Positions 12,178 through 23,878 of a stretch of 64,000 bases of DNA are shown here, piece by piece (the first letter of the stretch is position 1; the number at the start of each line of letters is the position of its first letter). The position numbers were made by a program, and so were the translations under genes. Source of the stretch: Klebsormidium nitens. Its lineage: Eukaryota; Plantae; Klebsormidiophyceae. The notes under the pieces were generated by a model. That model worked only from the letters and a program-made list of their open reading frames with translations. It was not told the origin of the DNA and made no database searches. Where the stretch lies: assembly GCA_000708835.1 (NCBI GenBank), contig DF237115.1, positions 62,001 through 126,000 of the forward strand. The letters are read 5' to 3'.

Positions 12178-15100
12178 ATGGCGGTCTCTAGGGCCCTCGT
12201 GTCCGTTCTTCTCCTGGCCAGTTGCGCCCTTGCCGCCGCCGCTCCCGCCTCAGTCATCTCTCAGAAGACCTATTTCCAGCTTATCAAGAGGGTGTTCTTT
12301 GGAAACACGACATCCGGCCCTTGCTCAGTGAACGGCTCCAACTACCTTGACATTGACCTTGGCCCTGGCAGCGGGGCATTTGTCATCGGTGAGCGCCGAT
12401 AACTTTTGAGATGGCAGGCAATATTGGGTGTGTCTACTCTCCATGAACAAGCAAAAGCTTTTTGTAAGATTCAGTCCTGTCTCTTGAGAAGCGTTTGGTC
12501 TCCATCCTCACTGTTACTTTTCAAAGGGAGGAACGTTCCAAGCATCGTTGTTGGTATTTCGAAGCTGGCCGGTCTCGAAGTGCAAGGGTCTTCTGAAAAT
12601 GTGTTAAAACGGTTTGGAAAACAGCGGGGTCGTTGGGCCTACTCTCAACATATGAGATAGCATTCTATTCAGAAGAATGAGAATTGCCACCGTATGAGGA
12701 CCAACCACATGTTTTGACCCTTCCTGGGGCCAGATATTAGCAGAACACTCGCTTGGCCGAGATAGGCTTGCTTTCGCAACAAATGCTCATCGCTCAGAGT
12801 ATCCCTGCTTAGTCCTCTTGTATCCACGTTCGAGTTGAGGAACTTGTGAACGACCACGGTTTAGTTTTCAACACCTGTCAAGGTGGCCAGCTAAAATCTT
12901 AGTATCCCTGTTGCAGGAGATAACCTGTGGACAATCACCGACCGCGGTGCCAACGTGGATTGCCAGGGTGGCAATGCCCCAGGAGGTGCGGCCGGGACCA
13001 CACTATCCAAAGCTTGCCAGGCCACAGGATGCCCCAAAGGGGGAACCAAAGTCTACCCCATCCCCGACTTCTCACCCACGATCCAGCGCAAGAAGCTGCC
13101 AGATGTAAGTTTGGGGTCCTATAAGGTCATCCAAAAGCCCTGGAGAAGAGAGGCCGAAGGGGTGGTCAGATCAATTAGCCGGCATTGTTTTTGTTGCAAT
13201 CAGCGACTACCGACCTTGAACTGATATTGGCTGGGGTTTTGGTCGTGTCTATAAACTTACCTTAGCTTCGTTTCCTGGATTCGAAATCCTTTAAGTGCCA
13301 ACCCCACGAGCAAAGATTGATGGTGCAAAGACAGAATCGAACCACGTTCATCCCATTGAAGGGATCTGATTCTGCTCGCTTACCTTCTTCACGTCTCTTT
13401 TCTTTGCCCCGGTCTTCCAGGGAACCCCATCATTCGACGACGACCTAAGCAGCAAACAGACTGACTTTTTGCTGCGAAAGAGGTTGAACACCGCTCCTCT
13501 TTCCCCTTCTCCTAGAAAGAAATGTAGAGGTCATAGGGTGAAGTCCTGCTTATTCCCTTCTTCCTTGTCCCCTTAGGTCTTCACCGGACCCCATCACTTA
13601 TCAAGGATCCAAACAACGAGAGACGTCAGACCAAGCTGGGCACTGAGGTCATTGCAACGCTCGTCTTCCCCGGACCCCTACAAACAACCGAAGAGATCCT
13701 CGATGATCTCCCGCTTATACCCCTCTCCCTTTTTCCTCCAGGTCTTCACCGGAACCCCGACTCCAGTCGAGACCATCATCATGAAGAAGGGCAACGGGCA
13801 GGGAATCTCGGGTCTACCCAACTTCCGCCAGGCCGACAATAGTTCGGGGAGCATCTACTCGAGCCTTCTCACGGGAGAAGACGGCTACGGCCCCGACTTT
13901 GCGCTGCTGGCCCCTAACCCCTTTGGGCAGGACACAGAGGGGATCGTTGTGGTGAGAATCGCAACCCACGCTTCTCTCCCTTCTCTGCGTCAAAATCTGT
14001 TAAAATCTCAGCTTTTCCGGCTTGTTTCCGCTGATAATCTGCCTGGGATTCTGATCTTGTTTATGTCGGCATCGAGTCCATAGTAAGATTCTTACCAATG
14101 GTCGGTCACAAGTGAAGGAATGATTCCTGTACGATGACAATGATTCTCCTTGTAAACCTTTTCTGCTGACTCCTACTCCTCTCTCGAGACCCTTCTTCAA
14201 TGTGTCCGCCTTTCCGAACCTTCTCTCCGGACTCTGGTTATAACTTTTGACGCAGATAGAAACGACCTATGGTGGAGAGAATTTTGAGACTGCTGCTAGC
14301 TGATGCGGTAAACGCTCCCCCGACCGATTGCTGCGTTTGAGAAGGCTGCTCTCACCAGTGCTCATCTTACTTTGCCAAACGTTGGCCAGCCCAAATTCCG
14401 CTGGTGCTGCCAGGAAGTGATCTCCTCACAAAGCACTCATCTCTTTGTTTCGCAGACGTCAGCCAATGCTGACGGCACCGGCGCAACCTTCTGGATTTCG
14501 GAAGAGTACGGCCCTAGCGTCTCCAAGGTCGGCTCTGATGGCACCGTGCTCGCGCGCCACGTGCCAGCGGGTGTCGTGTACGAAACCTTCGTCGCCCGGG
14601 CTAACCCGATTCTGGCGGTCGACCCAACCAACGGGTAAGTTTTGTTTTGGTTTCTGTGACCGGCTCTCAGGTGGTCTAGATTGGGTGGTTGCTAATGGTC
14701 TTGCTCACGGCTAGCAAAGGACGCTGCAAAGTGAATGAAACTTTCGTTGCCCGCGCTAAGTCGATTCTGGCGGTCGATCCCACCAACGGGTAAGTTCTGG
14801 TTCGGTTTCGCTAACCCGTTTAAGTCGGGTGGCTGGTGTCGTTCTTGCTGACGTCCTGTGGTGACCACAAGGTAGACCTCGTTAGATCGCACGCGACTTA
14901 TTTTGGCAAATATCCAGCTCGGTGAAGAGAAGCTGATCAAGAAAGTTACTTATGTTAGCATCGGGCTTTTTGGACTTGATTGCCGATCGTTGCGGAGTTG
15001 CTGAGAGTGGGTTACCTGCTCTTTCGCGAAGCTCCCTGCCATCGATGAACTGCTCTCTTAGACAAGCGATCGGAAAAGGAACCTTGCTTGAGCGACGTGT

Positions 15101-18100
15101 TACGTTCGTCTCAAGGAATTTTACGGACTCTCTTCGTACAGGTACCCAATCTATCCCACTTTCCCGTCTATCCTGGTCAAGCGCGAGCTGAACCGTGGGT
15201 TTGAGAACCTGGCCTACTTCGGAAAGTACTTGTACGCCATTCTGCAGGTCAGACACTTTATCGCGTTGCTCAGCTTGTACGGCTTTCGTGCTTCTTTGCA
15301 GTGGAGGAGCGAAAGCGCTCTCCTTTTCTCTCCTTCTGTCCCTTTGCAGCTTCGAGTTTTCACCTTATTCGTATCCAGATTTGCCCCGCTTCTGCAGCTA
15401 AAGATTCTGCGAAGGCTTTTTGACAATTTCCTGATTTGGGTCCTTGAGCTCAAAGCTGTGCGGTTCTGCTTCAGTACAGACGTGCTCTTTAAAAGAGAAG
15501 CTGCGAACTGAGAATCGGCTAGACACTCCCGTTCCATTTTAGGCTTCCGTTTTCCTTTCGTCTTCTTAAGCGCTCTCTTCGAATATCAAAAGCGCTTTTG
15601 AAGGCCATGAGCCTTTCTTTTACTATTCAAATTAACAGGGGATTTGAACTCAGTTCAAGTGAACGGTGGTCGTCACAGTATCTTAGATGCTGTACAGTCG
15701 TTGGATGCTGAGCCGTTTCTGATTTGTCCAGCTGGGCTCCCGGCCCCTAACTTTTAACATCCACATTCGGGCTATTGCACCTAGTGCTTTACCTTGATTC
15801 TTTCCACCCTTATGGAGCATCTTCTGAAAGCTGGATTGCACGCCTTCTTTTATAACCCATCCGCTTTTGCTGGCCGGGCTTAGCCTTCCGTATGCTGGTC
15901 AGTCCGTATTACTGTTAAATTTATTCTCTTTAGGAGTCTTTTTTCCTGACTTTACCCCCCGGGTTTACTTTTACTTTCACTTTTACTACTGCTCTTCAGC
16001 TTTTACTTGCGTAGAAGGGTCATTCGAAAAGACAAGTGGACACAGCTTTTTTAATCCTCTTTTCATACAGAGCCCCATGGCCAACCCCGGCGAGACCATC
16101 CAGGCGATCTCGAGAGTCATCCGCCTCTTCAAGCTGGAACTCAATGACGCCTTCCCAGGTAAGTGACACGTGTCACTCATGACGTCACCGTTGTGGACGT
16201 CATCGCCCTCTTCGCAATAAAAGTGTTTGTATATTGACCCTGCCCAGTAATGCTTTCGGTATGGTATCTGCGCAGCGATTTTCGAGTGCATCGTAAATTT
16301 GTGCCTAAAGAATCATCAGCTCCGGATGATAAGATGCACGTTCAGAGAGCTTGCTTTCCTGGACGCTTGGTAAATCTCACATACTCATGAAACTTTGGAC
16401 AGAACACTGTGTGTTGGGGTCCTGACTGTGACGCGCGAGGAGAGCTCAAGAAGTGAAGCTATCAGTAAGCTCCACCTGACATCAGAAACTCAACCTTGAA
16501 AACTACCTGCCGCGTACCCTAACTCCCAAATGCAACCCCACCCCTCCTAGTGCGAGGATACCTTGTTAGTCTCTTTGCTTACATTATCTTTCTTGAGTTA
16601 AGTCAGTGTAGAGACGGCCCAAACGAAAACGAAAAAGAAAGGAAAAGTTGAGATGTTGTGTGCTCTTTCCCGCAGGCGGTGCCCAGGTGGTGGGGGAATA
16701 CGTGTATTTCGCAGAGGACTTCTTGACGTTCCCCCAAGACCAGCCCAAGGCGGACCAGTCCAACATCAAGCTGGGGGACGCGGTCGCGATCGCGGAGGAC
16801 GTCATCCTCGTGGACGAACACGTCACCCTCCAGATCAAGCTCTTCAGGGTGAGCCGTTCGATAGACACGCGTCTCTGATCTAGATGTATGTGCTTGGTGG
16901 TCAGGGTAGTTGATGCAACGCTTGCGGATCGAATTTATTTATTCGAGTAAGTATCCATTGTGACGATTACGGGGACTCGTTCCGCATACTTTCTTGCGCA
17001 GGTGCTGAGCCGTAGTGCTCTCTTATCAGGAACTCCTGATACCAAAAGTGCACCTGTGGGGTAAACCGTAGGGCTCTTGATTCTTCAGGAATCTTCAGCC
17101 CGCCTAAAGAAATTTATCCGCTGACCATGTTTACAATTTTGTTTAGATTGAGCTGGCTGGTGACCAACTTCTTGGGATCCAAGTGGGACGACGTTTTGCA
17201 GTCCCCCACCCTCAAGGAACCGAGTCGTCAAACTCAGAAAGTCTTTACCCCCCATATTCAAAACCCTAGATTGTGTGTAAATAAACCCTTCGTGCAGATT
17301 GAGCTGGCTGGTGCGACCAACATTCTGGGCTCCAAGTGGGACGACGTTCTGCAGTCCCCCACCCCTCGAGCAGCTCAACGTGGCCGGTTCTGCTGGCAGC
17401 AGCGAGACCCTCGCATCCCAAGGTCGGTCCTCGCTCCTTCGTAGCGTTCGTCTTTGTTTGACACTGAGCACGTAGAAAACCCGTTGAGGCGTTCTGACCA
17501 ATTGCAGTTTCCTTGTCGATTATGGAAGCCCGGAACGAGTTGTTTGTGCGCCAGATTTTCTGACCAGTTCGTATTCTCGTTCCTTCCGCAACTTCCCGAG
17601 CTGCCTTTTGCCAAATCTCCACGAATCTGCTTCAGGGGTTGGGTACCCAGTTCGACATTATTTCGTCAAAACGGAGACAATTACAATCGTTTTATTGAAG
17701 GTCTCCGACACGTTGAAACTTTTGATTGACAAAGAAATGCCATTACGCCTGATCGTATGTCCGACTCGGCGACGTCATCGAAGACCGTAGCATCGTTCTG
17801 GGATTTTGTAAAAGGTGCGCACAAAAGATCTAAGTATTAGTAGAAAAGCATCGTTGACTCATAGACAAGAGTGGCGAATTTAATTACGGCAGCCGCTTCT
17901 TCGCCCACACATGGCCCCCGTCAAGAAGAGGAAGAGCTTCTGCAGACCGGCCCTTCTGTATTGCAAAACCGTAGAGAAGCTTGAGACCGGGCAAGCCGAA
18001 AGTAACGAGTAGACAATGAAGAAGGATGCGACCGACCGTGTGTTAGACTCGGGTTTTGCAGCCGTCACCAATCCTGTCTACTGTACCGACCAGGGACAAT

Positions 18101-20029
18101 ATAAACGTGGGAGAAGACTTGAAAGAAGGAAAGGAACAAACAACTTTGCGATCGGTAGTCCGACCCTGTTACAAACCACCCAGGGTCTTCGAGACTCTCT
18201 TTGTCAAGGACACTCTGCGTGAAGAGGGAAAAGATAGATTTGGGGCCAGTCAACAAGGGTACACACTTACCGGTTGATTCTTCCCCAGGCATCACCCCCG
18301 TGAAGAAGACCCTGGCCTTCGACTCCCTCACCGACCTCCCCGCGGGGGGGCCCCAGCTCCCGTCCAAGGTCGAGTCGCTTGCCATTTACGGGGATCCCTC
18401 CAGCACCGCCAACCCAGCGCGAATCATCCTCGACAATGATAACGATTTCGGCATCTCTGGTGCGACGACTTTCTTCACCGAAATCGCGGTCGATCCGACA
18501 GCGGTCTTTGGATTGGCTGCCACGCCACCTGCTCCCGCCCCGGCTAACTCGACCGCGACACCGACCCCGACTTCGACTTCGCTGAACTGCATCCAGAGCT
18601 TCCCGGCGGGGGGGACCTGTGACTACACCTCTGCTACCCCCAATCAGGTGACTTTTGTCCCCCTTTACAGTAACGGCATTCCAGAACGTGTCCTGGACTG
18701 CCGGAGACTTCCTGAGAGTCCTTCCTGCCTGCGTTGTGATTGCACGAAGCAGTTGATTCATAAACAGTGACCCGTGGCAACTCGATGCTTCGAGTGGCCG
18801 CATCCCTCCCTCCCAAATCGACCGCTGCGCTGCTTCCGCCATCCTGCCCAAATGCGCTCGCCTCATGATTTAGAACAGCACACGAGATCGCAACAAGACT
18901 ACCGATCTGATTCTGCGCGACTAAGCCTCATGGATTGCTTGCTCGTTGTTGTTCGGGTCTTCAAAAGTATTTTAGAATTGGTCACCGTTGCTGCGAAGTC
19001 ATTGAAAAGGCCTTCGACTCTTTCTCTGTCGCTTTTCTCCCCCTTCCCAGTGCTTCAACGGCAACGGTTCCTCCTACACCTGCTGCGCCGGCGCCTGCGG
19101 TGGGGCCGGCTCCCCCCCGGGCGCCGTGGCCTACTGCTCGGGGCAAGTCCCCGGGACTACCCCCGTCTGCGGCTCCACCCCCGCCCCGACCCCTGCCGGT
19201 ACCCCTGCCGGTACCCCCGCCGCTACCCCCGCCGGTACCCCTGCAGGTTCCCCCGCCGGTACCCCTGCCGGTACCCCCGCCAGTACCCCTGCCGCGATCA
19301 CCGGTGCCCCGGGCCCGACTGCCTTCCCGGTTGGCGGCACGTGCAACGCCGGCAGCAGCCTGCCGAACCAAGGTACGTGTAACGTGACTGAGGCTCGAAT
19401 CTGCCACGTGGCAGCTGGTTCAAATCGCTGAAGCTGGTCAACACCCCGGGCTCGAGCGGTCGTCTTTTTCCTTTTGATGCTCAAAAATGCTCTCGACCCA
19501 CGTGCCGCATCACGAGCCCCTGGAAAATGAGTCGATCGGGCTCTTGGTAGCAGCCTGCCTAACCAGGTGGGTTATCCGAGTCGTTGGTTGAGCACCCTTG
19601 TTGACCAATGGGTCAACAAAGAGAACGATTGGGCGATCTGTTCTTCAATTCCGTTCCGCCTGCTCTGCGGGAAGGAAGGAGTGCGCCTCCTTACCCCTTA
19701 CAGCTGCTAGTTGAAGTTGTCATTAATGACTGGTTGTGCCCCGAAGAATTGCCACTGGTGATGAGACGACCTTTTGGATGTTTAGCTCGTGAACAGCACC
19801 GGACGTCGTTTCCCCTCCAAACGTGCACTCGTCTCCTCCTATTCTAGAAGCTAGTTGTATCGTTGAAAATCTTCTAATATGATCCTTTTATTCCAAGCCT
19901 CTTAAACAAGTCTTTTAGTCTGAGTTTACCCTTTCTTTTCCTCAGTGCTTCAACGCTGACGGATCCAAGTACACTTGCTGCCCTGGCGCGTGCGGCACTC
20001 CCCCTGCTGCCCTGCCTTTCTGCGCTTAG
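12178..20029 (+). CDS. Secreted phytase-like esterase (PF13449-type), paralog B, with signal peptide and Cys-module tail; last splice junction ambiguous
   Basis: Signal peptide MAVSRALVSVLLLASCALA. Exons 12178-12388, 12917-13104, 13742-13951, 14456-14634, 15142-15247, 16071-16158, 16676-16848, 17298-17422, 18289-18647, 19051-(19340 or 19372), 19946-20029. Same motifs as paralog A (TDRGAN, SEEYGPS, NRGFENLA, DNDNDFG). The last intron and 3' UTR are also homologous to paralog A. Confidence 0.85.
13550..13593 (+). repeat. Short echo of the acceptor and start of exon 13742
   Basis: ccttag|gtcttcaccggacccc at 13577 versus ctccag|gtcttcaccggaacccc at 13742. Confidence 0.65.
14737..14810 (+). repeat. 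Donor-side echo of the end of exon 14456-14634
   Basis: gaaactttcgttgcccgcgctaagtcgattctggcggtcgatcccaccaacgg|gtaagt repeats the exon end and its donor 155 bp downstream. Confidence 0.9.
17135..17297 (+). repeat. Frameshifted echo of the start of exon 17298
   Basis: tttag|attgagctggctggtgaccaac... at 17147 carries a 2-bp deletion relative to the real exon; the following spacer is homologous to the spacer in paralog A. Confidence 0.9.
19189..19296 (+). repeat. Coding 12-bp repeat, nine TPAG-type units
   Basis: TPAG TPAG TPAA TPAG TPAG SPAG TPAG TPAS TPAA. Confidence 0.95.
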
Positions 20030-20040
20030 AAGACCATGCG

Positions 20041-20190
20041 GGGCCGCAATTTTTGGAACGGACCGCGGGGGCATCCCTCTAGTAGGCATCATTGAGTTTC
20101 TTGCGCTAAAAAGGCCATTCGAGGCCGCGTTTTTGGGACGGACCGCGGGGGAGCTTCTTCCCGTAGGCATTATTGAATTGGCAACAACGG
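20041..20190. repeat. Degenerate direct duplication in the 3' UTR of paralog B
   Basis: ggccgcaatttttggaacggaccgcggggg...gtaggcatcattgagtt versus ggccgcgtttttgggacggaccgcggggg...gtaggcattattgaatt. Confidence 0.8.
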
Positions 20191-22263
20191 ATCCATGCAT
20201 CGCGCGTTGTGGCACTCCGAGCACCACTGAACGAGAGCTTTCAGCGAAGGCATTTTCTTGAGTGGGATAACGAGTCCCAGAGCGTGTTGAGCATCACTGT
20301 CGAGAGTAATTAGTGAGGACACCAGTAGGGACAGCCGCGGTCGAGGGCTTTTTGGCGGGAGCCTTGTGTTGTCGTATTTATGTCAGCAGTGCCTAAATTG
20401 AGGGTTGAAACAAGAGCAGCCGAAACGGGTGTCGTTCTTTGAGTCAGTATCGTGAGAGCCCTGAGAAAGGGAGGCCGAGCGGTCCACGAGTTGTCGACTA
20501 CGCGGGCACGTTGATGATCAAGAGATTAAGAGTCAGGAAACGCTACGTCTCAGCTATAGAACATCTGATTGTCGACACAGAGTATGCAGTTTATCCAATG
20601 AGCTTCCAGTTGGACCGGACTAAATAAACGCCCCTCACTTTCCCTCCATCAATTGTTGACGATCAAATCCCATGCCTGATTAGATTGTCCAGCTGCAGGC
20701 ACGATCACTGATAGCTTAGAGGATCCCAGTTAGAATCACTCGCTGTCGTTATGGAGGTACAGGATCAAAAACTTCCAGAAGCTGCGTTGAAAGCCCACGT
20801 GCAATCTGGACTAGAGTGCACTAGAAACCGCACATGCATTCAAGTTGTGCTCTTCAATACCACCACATTAATGTATAGGCCTGCATTATTATCGTCCTTT
20901 GAGAATATGTGCATCATGCAACCAGCATGTATGTTAATGTTGTACCGATATATGTTTTTACAGTCTGGCAGTAATAGTTCAATACCGCTTTGAACACGTA
21001 CCGTGGCAACATATTCCCTAATCTCTGTACTTCTTCTCCACGTTTAGTGTACGCTTTAGTGTACGCTTTTCTTCTCTAGCTTTAATGTCCTTCCCTTCAC
21101 TAAGTCAGCTTCGCGTTTTTTTGTGTCACGGTACCCTCGAAGCTGGCAAGATTGGTTCTTTCGTCAGTGCGGCGAGACTTGGCATGACAGGTGACAGTCT
21201 GTTATGTGGGATCCTAGCTGCACTGGGGCCGTCAATATACAATTATATGTCAGGCGTCCGATCCGTGACACTGACTACAGCAGCGCGCTGAGCAGTGGGC
21301 ACAGCTGCTTAATCGTACTTTGGCGCTTGCATCGACGGACGCGTCGGAAAGTACAGCAAAGTACAATTATCAGCAATTTCCCTCACCGCGTATGAGCCGC
21401 ATGTCTTACGGGAATCCCATCCACTGTGGACACTTCAAGCAGCATTTCGATATGAGAGAGTTTGACACTTCGAGCTTGCTTGCTCCTTCATATTCGTGAT
21501 ATCGATCATGCAACCAGTCGATATTCTACTAATTACTGTTTATAGTTTGATCTACTTTACACATGATGCTCAGAGGTGTGACGAGCACACCCGGGCTGCC
21601 AATTCGGGATGGCTATCTTAGATTTGTGTTGGTCTTGACGGCCTAATGTATCTCAGGCTCAGCCTCTCATAGTATCAACGAGTAAACGAGCGTGATGACC
21701 TGACGGACTGACGCGTCACCCGGCAACGAAGCGAGCATCGTCCGTACCGCACCTTCAGTCAAACCTGGCAGTGCCGGTCCCTGTCGGAAACCCAGATTCC
21801 AAGTCAACTGTTAAGCCTGGCCCTGGTGACAGCGTGACAGGTGTCCCCTCCAGAGGGTCTTGGGAGTCGGAAGGCGTCACCGGCCGGTAATCGCGAGCCA
21901 AATGGGCCGAGGTGGACCGTGGCGTCCAAAAGCACGACCCCCGGGCCCCCGTTCGAAACCTCTGCGACGAGCTCAAAAGTCAACTCAGGTTCGCCGATAT
22001 CGGTACTGCAGTAAGTACCGTGGTGCGCTGGACTCCATTTAATGTCGACCGGCTCCTGCGAAACCGGCGTGGTGCCAGGTGGCACGCGCCTCATGGTTCT
22101 GACCAATCAGTAGCTCTAGTCTGCGCAGCTGCATTCTGTGATTGGAAGAGCCTGAGACACATGATTGAATACCCATGTCGAGACCAGACTGTCCCTCTGC
22201 ATCGCCGGTACTCCCCCCACTGTCAGACACATTGTGCTTGCTAGTGTCGCTAGCTGCTGGCAG

Positions 22264-22520
22264 TTTATGCACGCAGTCTGACTTGTAAGTTGCCGGCAAG
22301 TTGCCCGCGAGAACCGAAGCCAACATGATCTGTTGATCCCTCGACTAGCTCAGTTGCTGAAGCGAAGGGATGTCCAGTACAGGGTTTATGCCACACGCAG
22401 TCTCTGACATGCAGGTTGCCGGCAAGCTCCGGAGGCAAGCTGCCAGTGCGGAAAACGGACCGCCAATCTCTGTTGATCCCTCGACTAGCTCAATTGTGAA
22501 AGAGAAGGGATGTCTCAGAC
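22264..22520. repeat. Degenerate tandem duplication just upstream of the two-TM gene
   Basis: gtttatgc..acgcagtct..gttgccggcaag and tctgttgatccctcgactagctca each occur twice. Confidence 0.8.
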
Positions 22521-22621
22521 AATACTCAGCCTGTCTATTTATACTCGCCAACATTCCCGTCTTTCTTGGTTGAGCTGCTCCGCACGCTGAGAGCCCATCA
22601 AACTAGAACGTCACTTTAACA

Positions 22622-23878
22622 ATGGCATTCCCTTGGAACGTTGTTCCCGTGAAGCCCCAAAGGGTAGCCTGGGCTTACTTCACGCTCCTGTTTGTGGGCT
22701 TCCTTGTCTACAGCAGCTTCCTTTCCTACAAGGCTTACGCTCTCAGCCAAACGCCGGTCGTGGCCATTCGCTACGACCGCGTTTCCCCGCTGCAGCTTCC
22801 TTACGTCGCGATGTGCTTCAATGACCTGGACAACTCCCAGGTGGGATTCACAGTCACCTCCCCAAACCCAAAGCCAAACGTGAATCCTTCAAGTCCGGAC
22901 CAGAAATATGAGGACAGCCCGGTGCGGTGCATTGTTACTGGGGGGAGCCCGGTTGACCCGGCGCGCTTTGAGGCGCTCAACGGGACGCGGAAACTGCCGA
23001 GGCAAAGTCGCATCAAGCAGCAGCTAGACACCAGCACCTCGTGTCAGCCGCCGGGGGGCATTGGGCTCGAAAGGAGGAACCCAATAAACATCACCTATGC
23101 GGAGAAACCCTCCTGCGAGATTGAGACCTTTCAGTTCACAAACCGGGGGGGATCGTGCGCGGACTGCTTTGGCTTCCCGCTCTCCGACTACCAGATCGAG
23201 CCCAATGGGAGCGCGTCTATCTACCTCAAGCTCGTGGCGACCTGTGAGAAGGGCCCTAATGACAGAGACCCGTGCAGCTTTCCGGTTGGGGTGTACCTCA
23301 TCGAGCCGGAAGACGTTCCGCTGGCGCGGAGCAACCGCTTCGATGAGGTCATCAGCCGGACGACCAGCATTGCGGCCGCGCTGAAAACCAGCTACCGGGT
23401 CGTCCTCAAGAACCGGGTCACGTTCCAATACACAGCGCTCGGCAGTAGGCGCAGCTCCCAGTTTCGGGAGCCCGCCGTTCGGGAGATCGCGGTCGAAGAC
23501 GACAACGCGACTGTGACGTACACGGACCCTAAGATCCAATACGTGGCCCTGGAGATTCTCCCCGACGGCTATGGGGTTGAGATCATAGAGCAAGTTAACC
23601 CCTGGCTGGCGCTTCCTTCCAGCATTGGCGGCGCTTGGAATCTAGTCACCCTCGCTTTTGGCCTCCTTTTCGTGTCCGCAATTCCGCAGTCAGGGGCTCC
23701 CAGTCTCACCTGGGTCAACCGGGAGTGGTTCGCTCGGGAAGTGTGGGGCCCCGTAAAGGAAACGCTGCAACAGTGCGTGTCTTGCTGTAGCGGACTCCGC
23801 AGGCGGGTGGTCCGCCCGAAGAAGCATCAGCTGACACTTGTCGCAACTGGAGAGAAGCACGACGAACCCATCTTGTAA
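22622..23878 (+). CDS. Intronless 418-aa two-TM membrane protein with a large Cys-rich loop; PAC/TMEM206 / DEG-ENaC-fold channel-like
   Basis: Long uninterrupted ORF with GC-rich codons. TM1 is about WAYFTLLFVGFLVYSSFLSY and TM2 about WLALPSSIGGAWNLVTLAFGLLFVSAI. The motifs TPVVAIRYDRVSPLQLPYVAMC and EIIEQVNPW resemble PAC as recalled. The ORF is high confidence; the family call is moderate. Confidence 0.6.
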   Translation: MAFPWNVVPVKPQRVAWAYFTLLFVGFLVYSSFLSYKAYALSQTPVVAIRYDRVSPLQLPYVAMCFNDLDNSQVGFTVTSPNPKPNVNPSSPDQKYEDSPVRCIVTGGSPVDPARFEALNGTRKLPRQSRIKQQLDTSTSCQPPGGIGLERRNPINITYAEKPSCEIETFQFTNRGGSCADCFGFPLSDYQIEPNGSASIYLKLVATCEKGPNDRDPCSFPVGVYLIEPEDVPLARSNRFDEVISRTTSIAAALKTSYRVVLKNRVTFQYTALGSRRSSQFREPAVREIAVEDDNATVTYTDPKIQYVALEILPDGYGVEIIEQVNPWLALPSSIGGAWNLVTLAFGLLFVSAIPQSGAPSLTWVNREWFAREVWGPVKETLQQCVSCCSGLRRRVVRPKKHQLTLVATGEKHDEPIL

